A stretch of DNA of 64,000 bases from Caulobacteraceae bacterium (GCA_050729515.1 JBOHLG010000002.1:124352-188351); one strand, 5' to 3'; numbered from the stretch's first letter, positions 16,005 to 25,354 are shown. Numbers and translations are program-made. The notes: generated from the sequence alone by a model not told the origin.

Positions 16005-17330
16005 ATGACCCTGACCCTCGATCGGCCGACCGGGGCGGAAGCCTCCCTGGTGGAGGTGAAGGGCCTGCGCCACGTCTACGGCAAGCGGGGCGGGCCGGGC
16101 CTGGTCGTCCTCGACGAGGTCGATCTCGCCCTCAAGCCCGGCGAGATCGTCGGCCTCCTCGGCCGCTCGGGATCGGGAAAGTCGACCCTGCTGCGCTCCA
16201 TCGCCGGCCTCATCACCCCCACCGCCGGCGAGATCAGGGTCTCGGATATGCCGGGCGACGAGGACGCCCACGGCGTCGCCATGGTCTTCCAGAGCTTCGC
16301 CCTCTTTCCCTGGCTGACGGTGCAGAAGAATGTCGAGCTCGGCCTCGAAGCGCAGGGGGTCTCGGCCGAGGCCCGCCGCACCCGCTCCCTCGCCGCCATC
16401 GACCTCATCGGCCTGGACGGCTTCGAGAACGCCTATCCCAAGGAGCTCTCCGGCGGCATGCGCCAGAGGGTGGGCCTCGCCCGGGCCCTGGTGGTGCAGC
16501 CTTCGGTCCTCCTGATGGACGAGCCCTTCTCGGCCCTCGACGTCCTCACCGCCGAGACGCTCAGAACCGACCTTCTCGACCTGTGGCTCGAAGGACGCAT
16601 GCCGATACGCGCGATCCTGCTCGTCACCCACAACATCGAAGAGGCGGTCCTGATGTGCGACCGCATCCTCGTCTTCTCGTCCAACCCCGGAAAGGTGATC
16701 GCCGAGATCAAGGTCGATCTTCCCCAGCCCCGCAAACGCCTCGATCCGGCCTTCCGGGCGCTGGTCGACGACATCTACGCCCGCATGACCGCGCGGCCCA
16801 GCGGAGCGCCGGTCTCGCAAGGCAACTTCCCAGGGACGGGCCTGGGCATGTCCCTGACCCACGTCTCGTCCAACACCCTTTCGGGGATGATCGAGGCGAT
16901 CGCCGCCCCGCCCAGCAACGGCAAGGCCGAGCTCGCCGAGCTCGGCCGCGCCCTGCAGATGGACGCCGACGAACTCCTGCCGGTCGCCGACACCCTCCAG
17001 CTCATGCGCTTCGCCGAGATCGCCGGGCGCACCATCCGCCTCACCGCGCCCGCCAAGCGCTACGCCGTGGCCGATCTGGACGAGCGCAAGCAGCTCTTCG
17101 CCCAGCACCTGCTCGCCTACGTCCCGCTCGCCGCCCACATCCGCCGCGTCCTCGACGACCGCGCCAGCCATCAGGCCCCGGCCACCCGCTTCCGCGACGA
17201 GCTCGAGGATTTCATGAGCGAGGACTACGCCGAGGAGACGCTGGACGCGGTGGTCTCCTGGGGCCGCTACGGCGAGATCTTCGCCTATCACGAGGACGAA
17301 GACCGCTTCAGTCTCGACAATCCGGCCTAG
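16005..17330 (+). CDS. ABC-transporter ATP-binding protein with a roughly 190-aa C-terminal extension
   Basis: It has Walker A GRSGSGKST, signature LSGGMRQR and Walker B LLMDEPFSALD. A non-ABC C-terminal domain follows (....LSGMIEAIAAPPSNGKAELAELGRALQMDADELLPVADTLQLMRFAE...). Confidence 0.9.
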   Translation: MTLTLDRPTGAEASLVEVKGLRHVYGKRGGPGLVVLDEVDLALKPGEIVGLLGRSGSGKSTLLRSIAGLITPTAGEIRVSDMPGDEDAHGVAMVFQSFALFPWLTVQKNVELGLEAQGVSAEARRTRSLAAIDLIGLDGFENAYPKELSGGMRQRVGLARALVVQPSVLLMDEPFSALDVLTAETLRTDLLDLWLEGRMPIRAILLVTHNIEEAVLMCDRILVFSSNPGKVIAEIKVDLPQPRKRLDPAFRALVDDIYARMTARPSGAPVSQGNFPGTGLGMSLTHVSSNTLSGMIEAIAAPPSNGKAELAELGRALQMDADELLPVADTLQLMRFAEIAGRTIRLTAPAKRYAVADLDERKQLFAQHLLAYVPLAAHIRRVLDDRASHQAPATRFRDELEDFMSEDYAEETLDAVVSWGRYGEIFAYHEDEDRFSLDNPA

Positions 17331-17362
17331 GCGGCCGGCGCACGGCTAAGGAGGCGGCGAAG

Positions 17363-18376
17363 GTGGCGGAGCGCGCGATTCGGATCGGACTCCTCGGCGC
17401 GGGGGCCATGGGCGCCGCCCATGCGGCGGCCTGGGCCGATATCGCCGATGTCGAGGTCGCCGGCGTCTTCTCGCGTCGCTCCGAGAGAGCGAACGCCGTT
17501 GCGGCGGTCTGCGCCGCCAAAGCGGTGACGGACGCCGACCTCCTCCTGGACGATCCGAGCGTCGAGGCGGTTGACATCTGTACGCCCACCGAGAGCCATT
17601 TCGAGTATGCCCTCGCCGCGCTCGCGGCCGGAAAGCACGTCTTCTGCGAGACCCCTCTGACTCTGAGCTTCTCGGAGGGCAAACGCCTGCGTGACGCCGC
17701 GCGCTCCGCTTGCCGCCTTCTGCAGGTGGGACTCCTGATGCGCTCGATCGCGCCTTACGAGCACGTCAAGGCCCAAGTGGAGAGCCGCCGCAATGGGCGT
17801 CTGGTCAGCCTCTCGACCTGGAGACTGGGCTCATATCTGCGTGCGGATGCGCCGGACCACAAGGCGCACTATGGCGATCCGGCGAGCGAACTCATGACCT
17901 TCGACTTCGACTTCGCCGGCTGGCTCCTGGGACGCCCCGCGAGCCTGACTGCGACGTCCGGCCGACTCGCCGACATGGCCGGTCCGGTCGAGATCGCCGC
18001 CATCCTTTCCTTCTCCGGAGGGGCCTTCGCCTCGGTGGAGGCCAGCGGCGTCATGCCGGCGGGCCATCCCTTCACCGTGGGCTTTCGCGCCCTCTTCGAG
18101 GATGCGCTCTTTGAGCTGCGCAACGTCTTCTCCGGCCTCGCCGAACCGGAAAGCCATTTCACCGTCTCGCGAGGAACCGCGTCGCCGGTCGATGTCGGCA
18201 TCGCCGGGCGTGACCCCTATGCGGCCGAGCTGCGCCGGTTCGCAGACTGCATCGCCGAGCGAGCCGATCCGGCCCTTCTCGATGTCGAGCGGGCTCTTGA
18301 GGCGCAGAGCCTGGTGGAAGCGACGCGGCGTTCGCTCGAAACGCGTCGCACCGTGGAGGTGGAACCGCTCGACTGA
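17363..18376 (+). CDS. Gfo/Idh/MocA-family NAD(P)-dependent oxidoreductase
   Basis: I trimmed the start to GTG 17363, preceded by TAAGGAGG. Rossmann motif IRIGLLGAGAMGAAHAAAW; EAVDICTPTESHFEYALAALAAGKHVFCETP is typical of the family. Confidence 0.8.
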   Translation: MAERAIRIGLLGAGAMGAAHAAAWADIADVEVAGVFSRRSERANAVAAVCAAKAVTDADLLLDDPSVEAVDICTPTESHFEYALAALAAGKHVFCETPLTLSFSEGKRLRDAARSACRLLQVGLLMRSIAPYEHVKAQVESRRNGRLVSLSTWRLGSYLRADAPDHKAHYGDPASELMTFDFDFAGWLLGRPASLTATSGRLADMAGPVEIAAILSFSGGAFASVEASGVMPAGHPFTVGFRALFEDALFELRNVFSGLAEPESHFTVSRGTASPVDVGIAGRDPYAAELRRFADCIAERADPALLDVERALEAQSLVEATRRSLETRRTVEVEPLD

Positions 18377-18449
18377 CCCAGCGGCTCTGGCCGAATCGTC
18401 CGCTCCAGTCCAGGCTCGGCGAAGCCTGTTCTCCAAAGGAGCCTCCGCC

Positions 18450-18968
18450 ATGGCCGCCAAGACGGCGCCCGCCGCCCAGCTTCCCGCACGGCCTCCCTCC
18501 CTGGCCGAAGTCAAGAAGGCCCGGAAGCCGCCGGTGAACGTGTATCGCGCCCACCGCGCCCAGCTCGGGTTCATGGACAAGCTCGCGCTGTGGATCACCG
18601 CCCATGTCGGGACCATGGGCTTCTTCCTGATCATCTTCGTCTGGACCGTGATCTGGCTCGGCTGGAACTTCCTCGCTCCCAAGTCTCTGCGCTTCGATCC
18701 GCCCATGGGCTTCGTCCTGTGGCTCTTCATCTCCAACTGCATCCAGATCCTGCTCATGCCCCTCATCATGGTCGGTCAGAACGTCCAGGGCGGCCAGGCC
18801 GACGCGCGCGCCCAGCATGATCTAGAGGTCAATGTGAAGGCCGAAAAGGAGATCGAGGTGATCCTCGGCCACCTCGAGTACCAGAACGCCATGCTCCTCC
18901 AGATGATGCAGAAGCTCGACATCAAGGCCGACCAGGTGGTCGCCGCCACCACAAGGTCCCGGCGCTGA
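18450..18968 (+). CDS. DUF1003-family membrane protein
   Basis: I trimmed the start to ATG 18450. It has two TM segments and LFISNCIQILLMPLIMVGQNVQGGQADARAQHDLEVNVKAEKEI, the pattern I associate with DUF1003. Confidence 0.7.
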   Translation: MAAKTAPAAQLPARPPSLAEVKKARKPPVNVYRAHRAQLGFMDKLALWITAHVGTMGFFLIIFVWTVIWLGWNFLAPKSLRFDPPMGFVLWLFISNCIQILLMPLIMVGQNVQGGQADARAQHDLEVNVKAEKEIEVILGHLEYQNAMLLQMMQKLDIKADQVVAATTRSRR

Positions 18969-18974
18969 TCTAAG

Positions 18975-19850
18975 GTGAGACTTAAGGGCGTGGGCGTTCC
19001 CGCCAAGGTCGCGCTCGCCGCCGCCCTCCTGGCCCTCGCCGGGCCGGCCCTGGCCCAGGAGAGCCCACCGGCCCCGAACGCCGACACATCCTCTTCGCCG
19101 GGGCCGATCTGCACTGATCGGCCGACCAAATCGACCGCCCCGTGCACGGTTCCGGCCGGCCATTTCCAGATCGAGAGCGACCTCTTCAACTTCACGGTCG
19201 ACGAAACCGGGGGAGCGGATACGGAGACCTGGCTCCTCACGAACCCGACCCTGAAATACGGCCTCACCGACCGCCTCGACATCGAGGTCAATTGGGCCCC
19301 CTGGCAGGTGCTCTCGGAGCGGGGTGGGCCGACCAGCGACACTCGCGATGAGAGCGGGGTGGGCGATCTCTTCCTCCGCGCCAAGGCGAACGTGTTCGGC
19401 GGCCAAGGGAATGGTTCTGGGGGCGAGGTCTCCGTCGCCCTCTCCCCCTTCGTCAAGCTTCCCACCGCGCCCCGTCCGCTGGGGAACCGCGCCGTGGAAG
19501 GAGGGCTCATCGTCCCGGTCAATGTCAACCTTCCGCACGGCTGGGCGGCGACGTTCGATCCTGAGGCCGACATCGACGAGGACGCCTCGGGCGACGGTCG
19601 CCATCTCGCCCTCGCCAGCCTCGTCGGCCTCAGCCGGCCGGTCTCCTCGGAAGTGACGCTGTCGCTGGAGCTTTGGGGTGAAGAGAACCTCGATCCGGCC
19701 GGGCGTGTCGAGCAAGCCTCCGGCGATATCGGCATCGCCTGGATTCCCAAGGCCAAGCCCTGGCTGCAGCTCGACGGGGGGGTCAATCTGGGTCTCAACC
19801 GCGCCACGCCGGCGAGCCAGGTCTACGTCGGGATTTCTCGGCGTTTCTGA
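18975..19850 (+). CDS. Outer-membrane beta-barrel transporter-like protein (MetA/phenol-degradation-pathway-like family)
   Basis: It has a signal peptide (ALAAALLALAGPALAQE) and alternating beta-strand pattern, and it ends in an aromatic residue (...VYVGISRRF). The family assignment is from memory of similar sequences. Confidence 0.6.
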   Translation: MRLKGVGVPAKVALAAALLALAGPALAQESPPAPNADTSSSPGPICTDRPTKSTAPCTVPAGHFQIESDLFNFTVDETGGADTETWLLTNPTLKYGLTDRLDIEVNWAPWQVLSERGGPTSDTRDESGVGDLFLRAKANVFGGQGNGSGGEVSVALSPFVKLPTAPRPLGNRAVEGGLIVPVNVNLPHGWAATFDPEADIDEDASGDGRHLALASLVGLSRPVSSEVTLSLELWGEENLDPAGRVEQASGDIGIAWIPKAKPWLQLDGGVNLGLNRATPASQVYVGISRRF

Positions 19851-19961
19851 ACGAGGATTGAACAGGCGCTTCCCGGCCCGTTCAGACCTGGATCTTTAGA
19901 GAAGCAGTCAAGCCGCTGATCTTTGGGCGGCGAAGTTGAAAGTCCCAACGAAAGGCTATTC

Positions 19962-20294
19962 ATGCGTACGCGCACCCTACTTTCACTGGCCATCGGCCTG
20001 GCCATCGCCGGGGCCGCCGGCGGAACGGCTCTCGCCGACACGCCCTGGCAAGCCCATCATCCCTTACGCGAGCAGGTGAACGGCCGTCTCCACAACCAGA
20101 ATGCGCGCATCCATCAGGAGCGGCGCGAAGGGGAGATGAGCCGCGCCCGGGCGCATCGTCTACATCGGACGGATCACCGCATCCGGACCCAGGAGCGACG
20201 GATGGCGGCCCTGAACCACGGCCATCTCACCGCCGCCGAGCACCACCGCATCAATCGCGAGGAGAACCGGGTCAGCCGCCGCATCGGCCAATAA
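19962..20294 (+). CDS. Small secreted His/Arg-rich protein of unknown function
   Basis: I trimmed the start to ATG 19962. It has a signal peptide (MRTRTLLSLAIGLAIAGAAGGTALA) followed by a charged helical region. Confidence 0.5.
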   Translation: MRTRTLLSLAIGLAIAGAAGGTALADTPWQAHHPLREQVNGRLHNQNARIHQERREGEMSRARAHRLHRTDHRIRTQERRMAALNHGHLTAAEHHRINREENRVSRRIGQ

Positions 20295-20370
20295 AGTCGC
20301 TCCAATCTTTCGAGCGGCTCGAGGCTCCTTTCCCGGTCAGAAGAGGCGCTCGGGGCGGGACGACAACCTT

Positions 20371-20537
20371 TTCCTCTCCCGGTCGGGAGAGGAAGGGGCC
20401 CGTCCTCCAACGCCGGCAGGGTGAAGGAGGGTGGGAAGGTGAGGGACTACGGCGCCCGAATCTGATCCAGCGTAGATCCTCACCCTCCCACGATCCCCGG
20501 AGGGGCTCGCGGGCCCCTCCCTCTCCTTCAAGGAGAG
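20371..20537. repeat. Cluster of four GC-rich stem-loops (REP-like intergenic elements)
   Basis: The four stem-loops are:
- TTCCTCTCCC-ggtc-GGGAGAGGAA (20371-20394);
- GTGGGAAGGTGAGG ... CCTCACCCTCCCAC (20431-20491);
- GGAGGGGC-tcgcgg-GCCCCTCC (20499-20520);
- CTCTCC-ttcaa-GGAGAG (20521-20537). Confidence 0.5.
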
Positions 20538-20613
20538 ATCTCCTGTTATCTCTCCTCGTGCCGACCATGACCCCTGGCGGAGGGCGCGCGACTCAGGTCC
20601 AAAGCATCTCGGC

Positions 20614-21438
20614 ATGAGCACGCTCCAGGCCATCTTCATGGCCATCCTCCAGGGGGTCACCGAGCTATTCCCGATCTCCAGCCTCGGCCACGCCGTGATC
20701 CTGCCGGCGCTCCTTCGCTGGCGGATCGACGAGGCGGCGATCGGATTCTTGCCGTTCCTGGCCGTCATGCACCTGGGGACGGCGCTCGCCCTGCTTCTTT
20801 ACTTCTGGCGCGACTGGGTCGGCTTCGCCGGCGGGGTCCTGGGGTTCTGGCGGCCGGCGGGCGCGGCGGACCGGCGGCTCTTCTGGCGGGTGGTGGTCGC
20901 CACCATCCCGGCGGTGATCATCGGCTACGCCTTCGAAAAGACCCTGCGCCGGGGCTTCGCCGCGCCGCTGCTGGCCGCCGCCTTCCTCATCGCCAACGGC
21001 TTCATGCTCTTCATCGCCGAGCGTCTGGCGAAGGGCGCGAGGCGCCCCCTCTCCAGTCTCTCCTGGCTCGACGCCTTGGTGATCGGGCTCTGGCAATGCT
21101 TGGCGCTGATTCCTGGCGTTTCCCGATCGGGCGCCACGATGTCCGGAGGCTATCTGGCCAGGCTGGACCACGAGGATGCGGCGAGGTTCTCCTTCCTCAC
21201 CGCCACGCCCGTGATCTTCGGAGCCGTGGTCCTGGAGGCCCCCAAGCTTCTCAAGGGCCACTCACATTTCGGTTCGGCGGCGATCATCGCCGGCGTTGTG
21301 GCCGGCGTGACGGCGTGGTTGAGCGCCGTCCTCCTCATGCGCTGGTTCAAGACCCACGAGGTGAGGGGCTTTCTCCCGTTCGCGATCTATTGCTGGATCG
21401 CCGGCGCGGTCTCCCTGGCGCTCCTCTCCCTTCGCTAG
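20614..21438 (+). CDS. uppP: Undecaprenyl-diphosphate phosphatase
   Basis: N-terminal AILQGVTELFPISSLGHAVI and PGVSRSGATMSGG are the BacA/UppP signature motifs. Confidence 0.9.
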   Translation: MSTLQAIFMAILQGVTELFPISSLGHAVILPALLRWRIDEAAIGFLPFLAVMHLGTALALLLYFWRDWVGFAGGVLGFWRPAGAADRRLFWRVVVATIPAVIIGYAFEKTLRRGFAAPLLAAAFLIANGFMLFIAERLAKGARRPLSSLSWLDALVIGLWQCLALIPGVSRSGATMSGGYLARLDHEDAARFSFLTATPVIFGAVVLEAPKLLKGHSHFGSAAIIAGVVAGVTAWLSAVLLMRWFKTHEVRGFLPFAIYCWIAGAVSLALLSLR

Positions 21439-21530
21439 AGGTTGCCCGGCGCTGAGCCGGCGGAGTTCGGATCGCCGGGGCGACTGGGGCGTTGGTATGC
21501 GGCCCGCCTCCAGCCAAGGAGCGATCGGCC

Positions 21531-22868
21531 ATGGACGAAGTCGCCCGGCCGACCACGGGGCGGGATGGCGAGGAGAGCCGAGCGGCGGAAGCGCCGCGGC
21601 GCAAGCTTTTCCAGATCCTCGGCCCCGGACTCATCACCGGCGCCTCGGACGACGACCCCTCCGGCATCGCCACCTATTCCCAGGCCGGGGCGCAGTTCGG
21701 CTACGACCTCGGCTGGACCCTCCTCGCCTGCTGGCCGCTGATGTGCGCCATCCAGGAGATCAGCGCCCGCCTCGGCCGGATCACCGGCCGCGGCATCGCC
21801 GGAAACTTGAGGCGGCACTACCCCAACGCGTTCGTCTATGCTTTCGTCGCCCTGCTGCTTGTCGCCAACACCATCAACCTCGGCGCCGACCTCGGGGCGA
21901 TGGGCGCGGCGCTGAAGCTGGTGCTCGGAGATGGAGTCCCGACGGCTGGCGGACCCGAGCTCCTGTGGGTCGCGCTCTTCGCCATCCTGATCGTGCTTCT
22001 CGAGATCCTGGTCAGCTACGCGCGCTACGTCGCGGTGCTCAAATGGCTCAGCCTCTCGCTCTTCACCTATATCGCAGTCGCCTTCGTGGTGAAGGCGCCA
22101 TGGGGCGAGGTGATCCGTCATCTCCTCGTGCCTCACGTCACCCTGACCCCCGGCTATTTCACGGTCGTGGTCGCCATCCTGGGCACCACCATCAGCCCCT
22201 ATCTCTTCTTCTGGCAGGCCGAGGAGGAGGCCGAGGACGTCAAGGCGCATCCTCATGTCCGGCCGCTTCTGCGCGCGCCCTGGCAGGCGAGGCGCGCATT
22301 CGGGCGCATCCGGATCGACACCTGGATCGGCATGGGGATCTCCGAAGTCGTCGCCTTCTTCATCCTGGTGGCGGCGTCGGCGACGCTGAACGCCCATCAC
22401 GTCACCAACATCGGGACCTCCAGCCAGGCGGCCATGGCGCTTCGGCCGATCGCCGGAAACCTCGCCTTCCTCGTCTTTGCGATCGGCATCATCGGCTGCG
22501 GGCTTCTCGCCGTGCCGGTCCTCGCCGCCTCGGCCGCCTATGCGCTCGGCGAAGCCTTCGGCTGGCGGGTCGGCCTCGCCCGCAAGTTCCGCCGCGCCCC
22601 GGCCTTCTATGGCGCGATCATCCTCGCCTTCATCGTCGGCGCGGTGCTCAATTTCGTGCATCTCAACCCGATCAGGGCCCTCTTCTGGAGCGCGGTGATC
22701 AACGGCCTCGCCGCCGCCCCGATCATGATCATGATCATGTTGCTGGGAAGCCGGCGGAAGGTGATGGGCAGGTTCACCCTCCCCATCGGCCTCAAGACCG
22801 TGGGCTGGCTCGCCACCGCCGCCATGGTCGCCGCCGCCGTCGGCATGTTCGCGACGCTGGGCTCGTGA
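21531..22868 (+). CDS. NRAMP-family divalent metal cation transporter
   Basis: I trimmed the start to ATG 21531. GPGLITGASDDDPSGIATYSQAGAQFGY is the conserved NRAMP N-terminal motif. The protein is polytopic. Confidence 0.85.
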   Translation: MDEVARPTTGRDGEESRAAEAPRRKLFQILGPGLITGASDDDPSGIATYSQAGAQFGYDLGWTLLACWPLMCAIQEISARLGRITGRGIAGNLRRHYPNAFVYAFVALLLVANTINLGADLGAMGAALKLVLGDGVPTAGGPELLWVALFAILIVLLEILVSYARYVAVLKWLSLSLFTYIAVAFVVKAPWGEVIRHLLVPHVTLTPGYFTVVVAILGTTISPYLFFWQAEEEAEDVKAHPHVRPLLRAPWQARRAFGRIRIDTWIGMGISEVVAFFILVAASATLNAHHVTNIGTSSQAAMALRPIAGNLAFLVFAIGIIGCGLLAVPVLAASAAYALGEAFGWRVGLARKFRRAPAFYGAIILAFIVGAVLNFVHLNPIRALFWSAVINGLAAAPIMIMIMLLGSRRKVMGRFTLPIGLKTVGWLATAAMVAAAVGMFATLGS

Positions 22869-22934
22869 GTGTTCTCAGCCGAGCGCCCCTGCCAGGCGAG
22901 CTCGGAAGGCCGAGCCCGGTGATAAGCTCGGCCG

Positions 22935-23471
22935 ATGTTCGATCACCGCCTGGCGAGCGAAGACGACCTTCCGGCCCTGAAGGCGGTGATGGATCTCGCC
23001 ATAGAGCGGCTTCAACGAGGCTTTCTCAGCGAGGCGGAGATCGCGGCGAGCCGGCTTATCATGGGGCTCGATACCCAGCTCGTCGCCGATGGCGCCTATT
23101 TCGTCCTGGAGGCTGAGCGTCGGATCGTCGCCTGCGGCGGATGGAGCTTCCGCGCCACCCTCTATGGCGGCGACCATTCGGCCCACCTGCGTGCGCCGGC
23201 CCGGCTCGATCCGTCCCGCGACGCGGCGCGCGTGAGGGCCATGTACACCCACCCCGACCTTGCCCGGCGCGGGGCGGGGCGGCGGATTCTTGGCCTCTGC
23301 GAAGAGGCGGCGGGCGCGGTGGGATTCTCGCACGTGGAGCTCATGGCCACCCTGGCGGGCGTCCCTTTCTACCTCGCCTGTGGCTACCAGGAGATCGAAC
23401 CGGTGATCTCAAAGACCGAACTCGGAGCGGTCCCCCTCCTCCGCATGGGGAAGGTCTTGCCGCGAAGCTGA
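22935..23471 (+). CDS. GNAT-family N-acetyltransferase
   Basis: It has the acetyl-CoA motif region MYTHPDLARRGAGRRILGLCEEAA and is of GNAT size. Confidence 0.75.
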   Translation: MFDHRLASEDDLPALKAVMDLAIERLQRGFLSEAEIAASRLIMGLDTQLVADGAYFVLEAERRIVACGGWSFRATLYGGDHSAHLRAPARLDPSRDAARVRAMYTHPDLARRGAGRRILGLCEEAAGAVGFSHVELMATLAGVPFYLACGYQEIEPVISKTELGAVPLLRMGKVLPRS

Positions 23472-23520
23472 GCGTTCAGCCGCAGTGGGGCAGGGCGAGT
23501 TGCGCGTCTCGCTTCGTGTC

Positions 23521-23661
23521 CATAAGTCCCGGCCCATAGGCCCAGCGATGGCCGCTGGCGTCACGGATCGGCTTTGGGAGATGGCCGACTTGGCAGCCGT
23601 GCTGGAGGCGACCGAGGTGAAGCCCGGCAAGCGCGGGCCTTACAAAAAGTGCGCCGCGTGA
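23521..23661 (+). pseudogene. Possible C-terminal remnant of an IS transposase
   Basis: The hand translation ...HKSRPIGPAMAAGVTDRLWEMADLAAVLEATEVKPGKRGPYKKCAA* resembles the conserved C-terminal tail (..PAMAAGVTDHxW..E(I/L)..) that I remember from IS transposases, possibly IS1595/ISXO2-like. No catalytic part is present upstream; the GNAT gene ends at 23471. Confidence 0.3.
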
Positions 23662-23936
23662 AGATATTTTCTTTGCGAACCGCCGCCATTGCCGCGTGGG
23701 CGATTGGGCTGGGCTCGTGGCTCCCGATGGCGCTGATCGAAAACAACGCGTTGCACAACCCGGATCGTCCTAGCGGCGAGTTGACGGCGCCGCTGAGGAT
23801 TAAGGGGACTGTCCGATACGTGACACCCGACGAGGCCAGTATCGATGGCGCCGCCAACATAGGCTTCTGGACCGGGCTGCTCGCATTTGGAGCGGTGATC
23901 GTCCTACTCCGTATCAAAGACCGGCCCGACCGATAA
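23658..23936 (+). CDS. Hypothetical small membrane protein
   Basis: The start is GTG 23658. There are two hydrophobic segments (AAIAAWAIGLGSWLPMALI; GFWTGLLAFGAVIVLL). GC is lower than in the flanks. No family recognised. Confidence 0.35.
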   Translation: MKIFSLRTAAIAAWAIGLGSWLPMALIENNALHNPDRPSGELTAPLRIKGTVRYVTPDEASIDGAANIGFWTGLLAFGAVIVLLRIKDRPDR

Positions 23937-23957
23937 TTCAAATTGCCCCACTACCGT

Positions 23958-24575
23958 TCAGCCGAGCGGCTTGACGAAGAAGAGTCCCCCCTTGGGCTGA
24001 GGCGCCAGCTCGGAAAGTCCATAGGCGCGATAGAACTGGATCGCCCGCGCGTTGGCCCGGCTGACGCCCAGATGCGCGCCCTTCGAGCCCAACGAGCGCA
24101 CCGTCTCGAACCAGTGGTCGAGCAGGGCCCTGCCGAACCCGCGCCCCTGGAGTCTGGGGAGAAGATCGATGTGGAGGTGGGAAGGGTAGGGGCCGACAAT
24201 CGCCTCCGGAACGATGTTTGGGTGATGGATGAGCCAGCGGAGGCCATCGTCGGGGCTCCAGGTCGCTCTCTCCTCTCGCCTGGGCTCGGGACGGCCGCGT
24301 CGAGCGCTCGGCCACCAGCGTTCCTCGGCCTGGCGCTCGAAGTCGCGGGTCGAGAGACAGCCCAGGACATAGCCGCCGACGCCCGCCTCATCCTTGAGGA
24401 TGAAGCAGGTCCTGGGCGTCAGATGGGCGTAAGGCGCGGCCCAGATCTCGCCGACGAGGCGCGGGTCGCGATAGAGTTTCGAGGCGTCCTGACCCGCATC
24501 GCCGGTCCTGAGGGCGATCTCGTAGAGGGCCTCAAGGTCGGCCGCCCGGTAAGGGCGGATAGTCGGCGCGTCCAA
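23958..24575 (-). CDS. GNAT-family N-acetyltransferase
   Basis: HLHIDLLPRLQGRGFGRALLDHWFETVRSLGSKGAHLGVSRANARAIQFYRAYGL is the typical GNAT motif A/B region. Confidence 0.75.
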   Translation of the reverse strand: MDAPTIRPYRAADLEALYEIALRTGDAGQDASKLYRDPRLVGEIWAAPYAHLTPRTCFILKDEAGVGGYVLGCLSTRDFERQAEERWWPSARRGRPEPRREERATWSPDDGLRWLIHHPNIVPEAIVGPYPSHLHIDLLPRLQGRGFGRALLDHWFETVRSLGSKGAHLGVSRANARAIQFYRAYGLSELAPQPKGGLFFVKPLG

Positions 24576-24673
24576 CCCGCTCCCCCTTTCGCTCGCTTGT
24601 CCACTGGCGCGAGGCGCTATTTCATGCCTCTGTCGATCGCCTTGTCGAGGGGGGCGGGGACGTCTAGTGGCTT

Positions 24674-25210
24674 TTGCTCATGGACAGCGGCGAACCTCAT
24701 CGGGTCATCGCGCGATATCATGCTGGCAAGATCGCGGGCCTGGCGATTGTCGCGCTCCTTGCGGCTCTGTTGTTGATCTTCTTAGAAATTATCATCTTTC
24801 GGCAGGTCACGGGCATCGACACTCCCAATTCTTTCCCTCTTGAGTGGAATGTGGTCTTGATGGTCCTCGGCCTGGGCGCCTTCCTCTTTATGACCTGGCG
24901 TATGGCGACGCCTTTCGCCATCGGCTGGGTCTTCCTGGCGCGAAGGAACGAAGGGCTGGTGATCCGGGGAGAGCGCCTCCTGCTCCACCAGCCTGGCCGG
25001 GTGTCGATCCCGCTCCGGGAGATCGAGTCCGTCAAGGTTCAGCCGCGCAATCGACGGACTGGCGCGCCTGCCGAGATTGCTCTTAGGTGCAAAGACGGAA
25101 GCAAGCACCTCATCAAAAGCTACGTCCTCACTGGCAGCGCCCAAGCCGTCGCACAAGCGATCGCCGAAGCTTCGGGCGCGTCCAACATCGGTACTGCTAT
25201 TGCGCCGTAA
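24674..25210 (+). CDS. Hypothetical membrane protein (two TM segments plus a soluble C-terminal domain)
   Basis: The ORF is lower in GC than its surroundings. TM segments are IAGLAIVALLAALLLIFLEIIIF and VVLMVLGLGAFLFMTW. The C-terminal beta-rich part (LVIRGERLLLHQPGRVSIPLREIESVKV) could be a bacterial PH-like domain; that is a guess. Confidence 0.5.
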   Translation: MLMDSGEPHRVIARYHAGKIAGLAIVALLAALLLIFLEIIIFRQVTGIDTPNSFPLEWNVVLMVLGLGAFLFMTWRMATPFAIGWVFLARRNEGLVIRGERLLLHQPGRVSIPLREIESVKVQPRNRRTGAPAEIALRCKDGSKHLIKSYVLTGSAQAVAQAIAEASGASNIGTAIAP

Positions 25211-25354
25211 ATCTGCCTCGAAGCGGTCGAGCTCAAGGGGCTCATTGCATATTGACAAGGCAACGTAGATATCATACTGCAAGGAGTTGGCTCCCAAGCA
25301 TTCCGCCTTGACCGGCTCGATCCAACCTTGCCCCACCCCAGTGAGACGCCCGAG

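Noticed and set aside
24664-24670. CTAGTGG just upstream of the 24674 ORF as another member of the CTAG-ended hairpin family.
   Set aside because: No matching inverted arm or CACTAG terminus follows, so it is probably a chance occurrence.
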